From Octopus sinensis (lineage: Eukaryota), in assembly GCF_006345805.1 (NCBI RefSeq), contig NC_043020.1, positions 5,084,001-5,148,000 on the forward strand: a stretch of DNA of 64,000 nt, given 5' to 3'. The notes under the pieces were generated by a model. That model did not search any database. It was not told where the DNA came from and saw nothing but the letters and a program-made list of their open reading frames with translations. Of this stretch, positions 26,100 through 40,410 are shown piece by piece. The first letter of the stretch is position 1; every line of letters begins with the position of its first letter. The position numbers and the translations under genes are program-made.

Positions 26100-27950
26100 T
26101 TTGTGTGCGTGCATGTATGTATGTGTGTGTGTGTGTGTGTGTATGTGCATGTACGTATATATGTGCGTGTATGTGTGTGCATGTGTATCTGTGTGTGTAT
26201 ATATGTATGTATGTGTGTATGTGTTTGTGCATATATGTATGTATGTGAATGTATGTGCGTTTATGTATGTGTGTCTATGTATTATGTGAATGTGTGTATG
26301 TATGTGTGTGCATGTATTATGTGAATGTGTGTATGTATGTGTGTCTATGTATTATGTGAATGTGTGTATGTATGTGTGTGCATGTATGTCCGTGCATGTG
26401 TATCTGTGTGTCTTTATGTATGTGTGTGTATGAGTGCATGTGTGTATATATGTATGTACGTATGTGTGTATGTGTGCATACGTATGTGTATGTATTGCAT
26501 GTATGTATATGCATATACGTATATATGTGTATGTATGTGTGTGTGTATGTATGTGTGTATGTATGTGCGTGTATGTGTGTGCATGTGTATGTGTATCTGT
26601 GTATATGTATGTGTGTGCGTGTGTGTATATATATGTACGTATGTGTATGTATGTGTGTGAATGTATGTATGTGTGCCTATGTATGTGCATGTATGTATGT
26701 GCATGTGTGTGTATGTGTATCTGTGTGTATGTATGTGTATCTGTGTGTGTGTATGTGTCTGTATGTGTGTATATATGTATGTGCGTATGTGTATGTATGT
26801 GTGTGAATGTATGTACGTGTATGTATGTGCATGTACGTATGTATGTGTGTCTATGTATGTGTATATGTGTATCTATGTGTGTATGTCCGTGTATGTGTAT
26901 CTGTGTGTATGTATGTGTCTGTATGTATGTGTGTGTGTGTGCATGTGTGTATATATGTATATACGTATGTGTATGTATGTATGTGTGTGTATATGTGTTT
27001 GTATTGCACACGATCATACTTGTGCCACTGACAAAGGTACACACACACTCACACACCCATAACACTTGCACACGTTCACACCTGCCCAAACACACACACA
27101 CACAGACTGACACATAAACGCACACTCATAAACATGATAAAAGCAAGACGCAGATGCGTTGATAATCGCTTTTTTTTGTCTTGTTATCTTAGAATCAAAG
27201 TTAACCAGATATGAATTATAGATAGAGGTGTGTTTATGAATACACACACACAAACGTATATGCAAACACACACAAAAACACACTCACACACACCCAGACA
27301 AACACACACAAATACGAAAACACACTCACACACAAATACACACATAAACTCACGCAAACACACAAACTCACGCAAACACACACACAAATACAAAGACACA
27401 CTCACATGCAAACACACACACACACATAAACTCACACAAACCCACACACACAAACACGCACCCAGACAAACACACATACTCACATGCAAACACACACACA
27501 CACACAAACACACATAAACTCACACAAACCCACACACACACACATACACCCAGACAAACACACATACTCACACGCAAACACACACACACACACAAACACA
27601 CATAAACTCACACAAACCCACACACACACACACACATGCACCCAGACAAACACACACACACTCACACGCAAACACAAACACACACACATAACTCACAAAA
27701 ACCCACACACACAAACACGCACCCAGACAAACACACACACTCACACGCAAACACACACACACACATAAAGTCACACAAACCCACACACACAAACACGCAC
27801 CCAGACAAACACACACACTCACACGCAAACACACAAACACACACAAACTCACACAAACCCACACACACAAACACACACACAAATACACACATAAACTCAC
27901 GCAAACACACAGATATACATTTATTTGTGTGTGTGTGTGTGTGTGTTGTC
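26100..27950. repeat. (TG/TATG)n then (CA/CAAA)n degenerate microsatellite blocks
   Basis: Seen directly in the sequence. Confidence 0.95.
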
Positions 27951-28094
27951 AGATAACGAAGTAGGTAGGTGTATCGATAGGTGTCTTACTTCCCTAATGA
28001 GTTGCGATTATTATCTTTATGGAAGCAAGGAGATATGAACTTTTAAAAACAACAACAACATAGATTTATGTGAGTGAGTGCTTATATCCATACA

Positions 28095-28125
<31 letters not shown>

Positions 28126-29242
28126 ACATATATGTGTATGCATATTTTTTTCAATTTCTTGTTCATTTTCATCAAGTTTCAGCTCACGAGCTGTGGCCAT
28201 GCTGGGGCGCAGTTCTTTTATTATAGGCGTATGAGTGGCTGTGTGGTAAGTAGCTTGCTTACCAGCCACATGGTTCCGGGTTCATTCCCACTGCGTGGCA
28301 CCTTGGGCAAGTGTCTTCTGCTATAGCCTCGGGCCGACCAAAGCCTTGAGAGTGGATTCGGTAGACGGAAACTGAAAGAAGCCCGTCGTATATATGTAAT
28401 ATATATATGTATGTGTATATATATGTGTGTGTGTCTGTGTTTGTCTCCCCAACATCACTTGACAACCGATGCTGGTGTGTTTACGTCCCCGTCACTTAGT
28501 GGTTTGACAAAAGAGACCAATAGAAAAAGTACCAGGCTTACAAAGAATAAGTCCTGGGGTCAATTTGCGCGACTAAAGGCAGTGCTCCAGTATGGCCACA
28601 GTCACATGACTGAAACAAGTAAAAGAGTATATCATGTACATGTCTGTCTATCTGTATGTATATGTTTGTGTGTCTGTGTTTGTCTCCCCACCATCGCTTC
28701 ACAACCGATGTTGGTGTGTTTACGTTCCTGTAACTTAGCATTTCAGCAAAAGAGACCAATAGAATAAGTACTAGACTAACAAAGAATAAGTCCTGGAGTC
28801 GATTTGTTAGACTAAAGGCGGTGCTCCAGCATGGCCACAGTCAGATGACTGAAACAAATAAAAGAAACAAAAGATGCTTTATAAATATTAATTACTTTAA
28901 GGAAATTAATTCCCCCAAAAGTACTTGGTATTGAACCGGTATTTCTTTGGATAAAACCATCCTTTCATGAGGTGAACACAACCACTAATTAAATATATAT
29001 AATGGAATAATTACTACGAAGCATTGTGTAGAATGTATTGTATAAAAGATCGTGATTAAGACCAAAGCAATGTGAAGCTAAGTCTACATTAATTCACATA
29101 TTTGTTTTCTTGCAATTTACCTTGCATTTACTTTGCATTGTTTTGGCCTTACCCACGATCTTTTATACAATATATATATATATATATAAGCAATAATAAA
29201 TCTCAGAGCGAGTTATAAACAGTAGCTACAACACATCATGAC

Positions 29243-29697
29243 GTATATTTGCCATTTAAATATGGCTAACCCCTAAGGGTGGATGCTACTGTAGTTTGTA
29301 GCCCCAGGAGGGCACCTCCAGCTGGCTATAGACACACTTTCTGTGCCCTATCAGTATTTGCAAAGGGAAGCCATCCTTCCCGTCTTCAACCTATGATACA
29401 CACGGACTCGAGTTTCTGGATATTGACCCGTCACTGGAAAAAGGTATAAGTATTTGTGAAGGGAACCTACTTCTCATCGACAACTGTGATTGTCCCACAC
29501 TGATGATGGGTCAATACCCAGAAACTCGAGTCCATGTGTATCATAAGTTGAAGACGGGAAGGATAGCTTCCCTTCGCAAATACTGATAGGGCACAGAAAG
29601 TGTGTCTATGGCCAGCTGGAGGAGGTGTCCTCCTGGGGCTACAAACTACAGTAGCATCCACCCTTAGGGGTTAGCCATATTTATATGGCAAATATAC
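29243..29697. mobile_element. Fold-back (inverted) repeat with ~190-bp arms containing a hammerhead motif; probable PLE terminus
   Basis: Arms 29243-29433 and ~29504-29697 are reverse complements; hammerhead core at 29500-29532; (TA)n at right flank. Confidence 0.7.
29494..29538 (+). ncRNA. Hammerhead-like motif: CUGAUGA-UGGG UCAAUA CCCA-GAA-ACUCGAGU-C
   Basis: Intact core, 4-bp stem II, palindromic stem III and GUC triplet; stem I pairing is poor in this copy. Confidence 0.6.
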
Positions 29698-29716
29698 TTC
29701 ACTATATATATATATA

Positions 29717-31077
29717 GTTTCCCGAAAAATGTATACACCTTTAGATAGTTGTAAAGTAGGTGTTTATTAAAATACATTCCATTTTCAAAATTTAATAGAA
29801 TCTACAGACATTATTTTATTGTTTTGCCAATGCCTGTTTTCAAACTAACGTCCATTCTGGTCCAGGCGCTGCTGACAACGAGAAGCAATGGAATCGCAGA
29901 CATCACGAAAGAATTCGTTTGGTATTTGTGTGCATTCTCATTCAATGGCTGCTCTCAAATCAGCGACTGTTGCAGGTTTCATAGTGTAGACTTTGTCTTT
30001 TAGGTATCCCCATAAAAAAGTCTAGTGGTGTGAGGTCTGGTGAACGTAGAGAGTATTCAACGAAACCCCTTCATCCAATCCACCTGTTTGGCAAGATCTC
30101 ATCAAGGAAGGATCTAGCATCGCGATGGTAGTGTCGGGGTGCCTCATCTTGCTGAAAATAAAACTCATCTTCAAAGTCTTTTCTAATGCTTGGCATGACA
30201 GACTTTTGCAGCAAGTTCAAGTAAACAGGACCAGTCACAGTAGCATAAAAAAAGATTGGTCCAATTAATTCTCTCGATGATTAGCCACACCACGCTGTAA
30301 CCCCTGGTAAATTAACATGGTGTTCCACCATAACATACAGATTCTCAGGTCCCTCGTAGGTGCAATTGTGACGGTTAATCGAACCATTTAATTTGAATGT
30401 GGCCTCATCACTCCACAAATCTTTGTTTGAAAGTGTGCATCTTGTACACATCATGCCAAGTACCACTTGCAATACTGCACTCTTTGGTCTGGATTATCAT
30501 CATTAATAGAATGGATTAATCTTGGAACATGGCTTTTCCATTGGCAAACGCTTCAAAATGCATTGGACAGACAATTTTGGAATACCTACCTCACAACTTG
30601 CTTGCTGCACAGATTTTCTTGGACTTTGGTGATACGTTTCCAGCACTTCTTCTTCTTGCTTTGTGGGGGTTGTTGATGTTCGTGGTCTTCCAGAATGCTT
30701 CTCGTAGACATTCTGAAAGACTTCCATCATTCGAACTCAGAAAGTAAAGAGATGTAAGTTCATCTTTTTCCTGTTGCTCGACTAATTCTGCTACAATTAC
30801 TATAATGAATGATTTCTAACCTTCATCGGCTTCAAACTTATCTCTAATTCCTTATCTCTAATTCGAACGATGGTGAGTCACGTTGGTGGATCTGTTTGAA
30901 ACTCCCTCCTAAACTGTCTTTGCACTTCAACTGCGTTTTCACACTTCCAGGAGTATTTTAGAATGAATTTCCTTTGTTCAAAGCTTAGTCTGAATGCCAT
31001 CATTAATTCCAAAGGGATTAATCTGAGAAGAAAAAACATCAATTGAGTTATCAACTACAAAAGTGTGTATACATTTT
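29717..31077 (-). mobile_element. Degenerate Tc1/mariner-superfamily transposon, DD41D-type transposase pseudogene
   Basis: Minus strand encodes [34 protein letters not shown] and SPDLTPLDFF with 41 residues between 2nd and 3rd Asp; stops/frameshifts; TIR remnants AAAATGTATACAC / GTGTATACATTTT. Confidence 0.85.
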
Positions 31078-32073
31078 GTTTGTTTGTTTGTATATATACA
31101 ATGACATAGGCTCATACACAAATACTCATAAAACACACACACATTCACATATATATCTCTATGGAAGCCTACAGAGCACAGAATAATTCTTTCTGTCTAT
31201 TCAACACACAAGGCGGGAAATTTTGAGAGAGGGGTTTAGTCGATTACATCAACCCTGTTCCTTAAGGATAGCATTTTTCTTGACTGTCATCATCATCATC
31301 ATCATCATCATCGTTCAACATCTGCTTTCCATGCTAGCATGGGTTGGACGATTTGACTGAGGCCTGGTGAACCAAATGGCTGCACCAGACTCCAATCTTG
31401 ATCTGGCAGAGTTTCTACAGCTGGATGCCCTTCCTAATGCCAACCACTCCGAGAGTGTAGTGGGTGCTTTTTATGTGCCACCGGTACGAGGGCCAGTCAG
31501 GCGGTACTGGTAACAGCCACACTCAAATGGTGCTTTTTATGTTTGAGTGAGGGATGGCAAGCCAGGAGGTTGCACTAGGCTCCAATCTGATCTGGCAGAG
31601 TATCTACAGCTGGATGCCCTTCCTAATGCCAACCACTCCGAGAATGTAGTGGGTGCTTTTACGTTCCACCAGCACGAGGGCCAGTCAGGCGGTACTGGCA
31701 CAGTGAAAGGATGAAAAAGCAAAGTCCGACCTTGGTGGAATTTGAACTTAGATCATACAGAGCTGGAGACGAGGTCGTTAAATAATTTATCAGGTGTACT
31801 AGTGGCTCATCACCTTACAATACGCACAGTAATAACCACAATTAATGTTATGTGTGTGTATGAGGGTGAAGAGCTGGCAACATTGTTTGCAGCATTTTGT
31901 TGGTCTTTAAATTTCAGGTTCAAATTCTGCTGGGAGGGGGGACTTTGCTTTTGTCCTTTTGAGGTTGAAAGAGCAAGTACCAATTGAGTCAATGTTATTC
32001 CCTAACATGTTCCCTCCAAAATTTCAGGCCTCGTGCCTATAGTAGAAAGGAATATGTGTGCGTATATGTATAG

Positions 32074-32138
<65 letters not shown>

Positions 32139-32393
32139 TGTGTGTGTGGAGGCGCAATGGTCCTGTGGTTAGGGCAGTGGACTCGCAGTCGTAGGATCGC
32201 AGTTTCAATTCCCAGACCGGGTGTTCTTAGTGTTTATTGAGCGAAAACACCTATATATATATATAACGGGAAGCTTTATGAAAATAGACAAAAGACGAAG
32301 GCAGGTTTACGGAAATAAACAAAAGACGAAGGCAGGTGGAATACAAACAAACAATTGTATTAGTATGGCGCTCAGGAAATATAAATGAAACAA

Positions 32394-32432
32394 GTCTTTA
32401 ACGTTTCGAGCCTACGCTCTTCAACAGAAAGA
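32394..32432 (-). ncRNA. Minimal hammerhead-like motif, A6U core variant family
   Basis: UCUUU-CUGUUGA-A-GAGC GUAG GCUC-GAA-ACGU-U-AAAGAC; same repeat family as 62400-62620, ending at (TA)n. Confidence 0.6.
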
Positions 32433-32620
32433 TACACAAAGAAAAAACACAGAAAGAAGGAGAAAAAAAAAATATGCGTGCAGAAGCTAGCGAATCAACA
32501 TGGCGATTATTGGTTGTATACTGTCAACATAACATAAGGGAATTACACCACTGCTGTTTAGCCCTAGGAATTTAGAAATTCAATATTTCTAATATTTATA
32601 TATTATATATTATTTAGTTA

Positions 32621-32991
32621 TCTCTCTCTATATAAACGGCAGTTTGTCTGTGCGTTTTCTGTGTGTCTGTTTTCTCGTACCCTCACCCTGACCACGGCTT
32701 TCAACCGATTCTGATGAAACTTGACACACACATAGCCCAATCATAATTCAAAACTAACGCAGCGAAAATTTCGAAAAGTTCCCCCAGTTCTGAAAAAAAT
32801 CGATAAATTCGACATGGGGTCGAGAATCAGAAACCCAAACCACAGACCGTCTAGGGGACGCAACTCCACCTTTTTTAACTCTCAAAAAATTTTTTTTTCC
32901 ACTTTTTTGCTATTTTTTGGCTATAACTCTCTAAAAATGCTTTATAGTTATTTCCCTTACAAACCTGAGCAACGCCGGGCGATACTGCTAG
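32621..32991 (+). mobile_element. Non-autonomous Helitron
   Basis: A|TC 5' end, 3' GCAACGCCGGGCGATACTGCTAG|T end; contains CCGATTCTGATGAAACTT motif. Confidence 0.75.
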
Positions 32992-33034
32992 TTATATATA
33001 TAAATATATGTAAATGTATATATATACATATATA

Positions 33035-33068
<34 letters not shown>

Positions 33069-33277
33069 ATATATACTCTTTTACTCTTTTACTTGTTTCA
33101 GTCATTTGACTGCGGCCATGCTGGAGCACCGCCTCCTTTAATCGAGCAACTCGACCCCGGGACTTATTCCATCGGTCTCTTTTGCCGAATCACTAAGTGA
33201 CGGGGACATGAACACACCAGCATTGGTTGTCAAGCAATGCTAGGGGGACAAACACAGACACACAAACACACACACAT

Positions 33278-33308
<31 letters not shown>

Positions 33309-33711
33309 CGATGGGCTTCTTTCAGTTTCCATCTACCAAATCAACTCACAAGGCTTTGGTCAGCTCGAGGCTATAGTAGAAGACACTTGCCCAAGGTGCA
33401 ACACAGTGGGACTGAACCCGGAAACATGTGGTTGGTATATATAAATATAAATGTGTAAATGTATATATATGTGTGTGTGTGTATATGTACATGTATATAT
33501 ATATATATATATGTAAATGCATTGACAAAGTGTACACATACACTGTCATAGATATATACACATGCATATGCAGACACATACACACAACTGAACACACTTG
33601 TGTATAAACACACACACACACATATTGTGTGTATACATATATATATACGCAACCAATATTAGAACAAGCAAAAAAACTAGGTCGATATTATATAAATTGT
33701 AATTACAAGGT

Positions 33712-33746
<35 letters not shown>

Positions 33747-34082
33747 AATACACAAACATATACACTTGCATGTATACAATAACACACTGACTAATATATG
33801 CATGATCATACACTCATTTATATATACACAAATGCACATCTGTATATTAAAAAAAACATGCTTCATATATATATGTGTGTGTGTGTACACTCACATATAT
33901 ATAAAAAAACGTGCATGTATATATATATATATATATATATATTGTATATGTATACATACACACACACATATAAATATATATATATATGTATGTATATGTG
34001 TATATATATAAATATGTATATTTTATATATATAATATATATATGTATTATATATATATATATAATATATAATATATATTATA

Positions 34083-34460
34083 CTAGCAGTATCGCCCGGC
34101 GTTGCTAGGTTTGTAAGGGAAATAACTATAAAGCATTTTTAGAGAGTTATAGCCAAAAATAGCAAAAAATGGAAAAGAAATGATGGTAAATTTTTTTTTT
34201 AGAGTTAAAAAAAGGTGGAGTTGCGTCCCCTAGACAGTTTGCAGTTGTGTTTCTGATTCTCGACCCCATGTCGAATTTATCGATTTTTTTCAGAACTGGG
34301 GAACTTTTCAAAATTTTCGCTGCGTTAGTTTTGAATTATGACATTGGGCTATGTGTGTTTCAAGTTTCATCAGAATCGGTTGAAAGCCGTGGTCAGGGTG
34401 AGGGTACAACCTGACAGACACACAGAAACACGCACAGACAAACTGCCGTTTTATTATAGA
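34083..34460 (-). mobile_element. Non-autonomous Helitron, second copy in inverted orientation
   Basis: Reverse complement of 32621-32991 with matching TC...CTAG ends. Confidence 0.75.
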
Positions 34461-34714
34461 TATTATATATATATATATACATATATATATAGTATGTATG
34501 TATGTATATATACACACATAGAACAAGACATACAGGGTGACTGGAACAGTTGCAGATTGTATAGATAAGATGTGCTAAAATAGTACAGAGAATTTCTTTA
34601 GTGTTATGTGCACATACACACACACGTGCACATGTACACATTCATGTACTTATAGACATTATGTATATATACACATATATATATGTCTGTGTGTGTGTTT
34701 GTGTATGCATGTGT

Positions 34715-34752
<38 letters not shown>

Positions 34753-34893
34753 ATGATGATATACATACATACATATAAATATGTACACACACACAGATAA
34801 ACAGATGTAGATATGTATATATATATATGTATATATAGATAGAGAGATAACTATAGATATACACATATATCTATACTTATACATATGTATGTT

Positions 34894-34925
<32 letters not shown>

Positions 34926-34972
34926 CACATTACCCACGTACACATATATACTCATATACACACACACACACT

Positions 34973-35003
<31 letters not shown>

Positions 35004-35302
35004 CACACACACATACACATACACGTAAACACACATGTGTCAGGACACACAGACAGACAATACAGAGTGAATCTCTCCAGAGATATTCCGAGATATTCTT
35101 ACAGCAAAAACTCTTTCAGCTTTGAAATGGAAACCCCAGCTTTTATAATCCCCCTGTATGTGTGTGTGTGCTTGTATACACGCATATATACATATATACA
35201 TGTCCATTAGATTATGCATTCATATCCATAACTCTCTCTCTCTCTCTCTCTCCATATTATATACACATATCACATACATACATACATACAAACATATATA
35301 TA

Positions 35303-35354
<52 letters not shown>

Positions 35355-35380
35355 ACATATATATACATATACATATACAT

Positions 35381-35423
<43 letters not shown>

Positions 35424-35508
35424 TACATATATGTATGTACACACACACACCACACCCACATATATATATATGTATATATATATACATATCTATATATATC
35501 TATATGTA

Positions 35509-35543
<35 letters not shown>

Positions 35544-35819
35544 CACCACATGAATATACATACATGTATATGTGTATACATGTATGTATATTCTTTATTT
35601 TTAGTATTGTTTTATTTGTTTCAGTCATTTGACTGCAACCATGCTGGAGCACCACCTTTAGTCGAGCCAATCGACCCCAGGACTTATTCTTTGTAAGCTA
35701 GTACTTATTCTATCGGTCTGTTCTGCTGAACCGCTAAATGACAGGGATATAAACACACCAGCATTGTTGTCAAGCGATGGTGGGGGGGGACAAACACAGA
35801 CACACAAAAATATACAAAC

Positions 35820-35877
<58 letters not shown>

Positions 35878-36082
35878 ATATATATATATATATACACACA
35901 ATGGGCTTCTTTCAGTTTCCGTTTAGTGTATCCACTCACAAGCTTTGGTCAGCTCAAGGCTGTAGTAGAAGACACTTGTCCAAGGTGCCACACAGTGGGA
36001 CTGAACTCAGAACCATGTGGTTGGGAAGCAAGCTTCTTATCACACAGCTACACCTGTGCCTCTGTGTGTGTGTGTGTGTGTG

Positions 36083-36137
<55 letters not shown>

Positions 36138-36163
36138 ATATATATATGTATGTTATAATATAG

Positions 36164-36198
<35 letters not shown>

Positions 36199-37021
36199 AT
36201 ATATATATATGTATGAATATATATATACATACACGTATCATATATATATATATAAACATATATATATACATACACATATGTATATATTATATAACACACA
36301 CAGACACCCACGCACACACACACAGAAGTATATACCTGTCGTGTGACTGTGGCCATGCTGGAGCACTGACTTGAAAAAGTTTTTAGTCGAATGAATCGAC
36401 CCCTGTACTCAGGTTTGCTGTAAAGCCTGGTACTTATTCTATCTGTCTCTTTTACTGAACTGCTATGCTAGAAGGACATAAACACACCGACATGGGTTGT
36501 CAAGCAGTGGTGTGGGACAAAGTCACACACACACACACACACACACATGTATATAAATGTGATGGGTTCCTTTCAGTTCCCATCTACCAAATCCATTCCA
36601 CTGTGTATTTCCCAACCACATGGTTCTGGTTTCAGTCCCACTGCATGGCACCTTGGGCAATTGTCTTCTACTATAGCCTCGGGCCGACCAAAGCCTTGTG
36701 AGTGGATTTGGTAGACGGAAATTGAAAGAAGCCTGTCGTATATATGTATGTATATATATTTGTGAGTGTGTTTGTGTGTCTGTGTGTCTGTGCTTGTCCC
36801 CCACCCCCTAACATCACTTGACAACCGATGCTGGTGTGTTCACGTCCCTGTAACTTAGCGGTTCAGCAAAAGAGACCTATAGAATAACTATTAGGCTTAC
36901 AAAGAATAAGTCCTGGGGTCGATTTGCTCGACTAAAGGCAGTGCTCCAGCATGGCCACAGTCAAATGACTGAAACAAGTAAAAGAGTAAAGAGCATACAT
37001 ATATATATATATGTGTGTGTA

Positions 37022-37057
<36 letters not shown>

Positions 37058-37122
37058 CATACACACACACACACATGTATGAAATTAAAATGAAGAAGGG
37101 AATAAGACGTTATGTTGTGAAC

Positions 37123-37183
37123 GGCATTAGCTTACAGCTGTTTCGGCTTTCAGATACACAAGCTCTCACCATGGTTGAATGCC
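37123..37183 (-). ncRNA. Decayed hammerhead-like motif
   Basis: GGCAUU...(core decayed to AUGGUGA)...GCUU/AAGC stem II, GAA-ACAGCUGU(palindrome)-A-AGCUAAUGCC; outer stem I GGCAUU/AAUGCC. Confidence 0.35.
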
Positions 37184-37890
37184 TGTGTATCGTTATTGGC
37201 AGAGACAGCTGTGAGTTAATGATGATGAAGTTCATCGCTTAATTACTTATTCCCTTGTCATTTGCTTAATTCCTTGTTTCGTCTCTCCCGACTCTTTTTT
37301 TCTCTGAAGCATATTTGTATTGGGTTTCTAACACCCGGTTATTCGTGGTGCTATGCTTAAGCAAAACAAAAACAACAACAATAGTAATAATAGTAGTAGT
37401 AGTAGTAGTAGTAGTAGTAATAATAATAATAATATTTTAATAATGATATGTATATATATATATATATATATACACACACATCCAAACATACTTATACACA
37501 GGGCCTCATACACAAACTTTCGAAACATACACTGACTTACATGCACACACACACACACACACATCCACACTGTCTCTTTCTCTTTCACACACACCCACAC
37601 ACACTCACAGACACACACATACACATCCACACTGTTTCTCTTTCTCTCTCTCTCTCACACACCACACTTGCATACACACAACTCACCACCACACACACGC
37701 ATGCACATATATGCCCACACACACACACGCACGCACACACATGCCCACACATACACACACACACACGCACACACCCTCACATGCACTCTCTCACACACCT
37801 CGCTTCCATACACACACATACGCACACACACACAGGTGCACATATACACACTTCATTTCTACACCTTTTTATGTTCCACTACCATAAAAA

Positions 37891-37922
<32 letters not shown>

Positions 37923-38124
37923 ACACATCCAAACACACACACACACATACACACACACACAAATATACAGGTATACATTTCTTGCCTCTCCTCCTCTCCC
38001 ATATATACACCTTGCTGTGAAGCACAGCAACATCTCAGAATGACATACAATATCTATACAAACACCCAAGCACCCTGCCACCCTTACTTAAGTGGGGTAC
38101 CGCTTATGACGTCAGTCAGAAAGG

Positions 38125-38375
38125 CGGGTGGTGGCGGTGGTGGTGGTGGTGGTGGCGGTGGTGGTAGTGGTGGCGGTGGTGGTGGTGTGGCGGGGGGGTG
38201 GTGGTGGTGGTGGCGGTGGTGGTGGTGGTGGGGTGGCGGTGGTGGTGGTGGCGATGGTGGTGGGCGGTGTGGTGGTGGTGCGGTGGTGGTGGTGGTGGCG
38301 TGGTGGTGGTGGTGGGTGGCGTGTGGTGGTGGTGGTGTGGTGATGGTGGTGGTGCGGGGCGGCGGTGGTGGAAAT
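38125..38375. repeat. (GGT)n/(GGC) trinucleotide tract
   Basis: Seen directly; source of the poly-Gly/Pro/His ORFs. Confidence 0.95.
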
Positions 38376-38473
38376 AAGCAAGAGAATAAAGATAAGGAAG
38401 GGAGGGTTACATACACACATTATATGATATATATGTATTTGTATGTGTGTATATGTACGTGTGTGCGCGTGTG

Positions 38474-38504
<31 letters not shown>

Positions 38505-38586
38505 GTCTGTCTATTTGTACATTTATATACATAAACATGTATGTATACTCATATACATATATATATTGATATACACATACATACAA

Positions 38587-38619
<33 letters not shown>

Positions 38620-38905
38620 CATATATATATATATACATGCATATATATATATATATATATATATACTCACACACGTATATATAGATACATTCATACATAC
38701 ATGCATATATATATATATATATATACTCACACACACACACAAATATATATATTTATATACATTCATACATGCATGCATATATATATGTATACATATATAT
38801 ATATACATCCACACACACACACACACGCATATATATATATACACATATACATACATATATATATACATATACACACACATGCACATGTGTGCGAGTGTGT
38901 GTGTG

Positions 38906-38949
<44 letters not shown>

Positions 38950-39731
38950 AGTATGTGTATGTATATGTATATATATATATATATTTGTGTTTGTATGCAT
39001 ACACACACACACAAACACACACGTGTGTTTGCATGTATGTATATTCATCCATAGATATGTACGGGGGGGGGTGGAGTATAATGTTGGCACACTGCAGCAG
39101 AGCATTATTATGTTTTCATTCATAGGGTGGGGGGTGGGAAGGAGCGGATTAGGGGGAAAGTTCTTTCCTCACTCATTCCTATATACACACACACACACAT
39201 TTATATATATATATATGTGTGTATATATCTTATTTTTCGACATTTGTTTATTTTTATCTATTTATCTATGTATTTATTTTACATTTTGTTTTTACGTTTA
39301 TTGCTACAAGTGCAGGAGGAAGCTGAGCTGATAAAATTAGAGAAATGTTTTAAATTTAGGCACAAGGTCAACAAGCTTAAATAAAGAGCAGGGCAAGTCA
39401 ATTATGCGAACCCCCAGTATTTTACCGGTAGCATACATCATCGACCCTTGAGGGATACAAAGTGAAGTTGAGCTCAGAAGGATTTGAACACTGAATGTAG
39501 AGATGGCATGTGGTTCCTGGTCCAATCCTACAGCACAGCACCTTGAGCAAATGTCTTCTAATTTATAGCCATGGGTCAGGGATTCACCACAGGTGTGCCT
39601 GTGTGATGAGAAGTTTGCTTAAAGATGCAAACCCATTTCCAAAGTCTTTTACAAAGTTGATTCTTTCAATCTTAATATCAAAATGAACACAGGTATTTTT
39701 GTTTCTTCTTCTTCTTCTTCTTCTTACTATG

Positions 39732-39777
<46 letters not shown>

Positions 39778-39859
39778 TATTATTATTATATAATATTATT
39801 ATATTATATAATTATTATTATTATTATTATTATAATTATCATCATTATCTATTGATAAA

Positions 39860-40410
39860 AGGCTGTTTGAAGAGCCTTTTAAAAGGTTTTCGCCAGTAGG
39901 GAACCCCGAAACTTCCAGGCTTCTCGAAAACCAAGGTAAGTAACCTCCTCGTTTTCTTCCTCTGACTAGCATAGCTGTGCGGAGAATGGGGTCAGAGAAT
40001 AAGGACAGCATAGGTTGTCCACTATATAAATTGGTCGGCTACACAGATCACAAATTTATGATATGCTCAGTCGATTTAGATAGGACCCTTAGACAGGGAC
40101 TCGGTTACTGGAAGTTGAATGCATCCTTACCGACTCACAAATACTACAGGGACCGGATTAGCAAACTAGTTAAGTGTCAGTTGACGGGGGATATCGTCAA
40201 CAACCGGTGGTGGATCGCTCTGAAGGGAGCGATTAGAATAGGATCGATAGCCCTTAGCAAAGATTTAGCAATAGAAAAAATTAGATTAGAGGGAGAACTA
40301 GTTATCAAACTAGAAGAGACTATTAGTAAAGGCATCGTGCCTGACGTGTTAGTGGCAGGAATGGCCCATGACCATTTCTTTGAAGTGAAACACGAAGGCG
40401 CAGACGTAGC
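39860..40410 (+). mobile_element. Tx1/L1-like LINE fragment (end of APE domain and linker)
   Basis: ORF 39977-40420: IGCPLYKLVGYTDHKF...GLGYWKLNASL...RWWIALKGAIR, matching the SDH and G.WKLN.SLL motifs. Confidence 0.75.

Noticed and set aside
28928-28975. Minus-strand CTCATGA...GGAT/ATCC...GAAATACCGGT hammerhead-like string
   Set aside because: Needs several core substitutions and an insertion; too degenerate to support.
32711-32720. CTGATGAAAC as a hammerhead core (mirror at ~34365)
   Set aside because: No stem II between CUGAUGA and GAAA; it is part of the Helitron motif CCGATTCTGATGAAACTT.
38107-38114. TGACGTCA (CRE) site
   Set aside because: A single 8-mer in 64 kb is near chance expectation, and no promoter context is evident.
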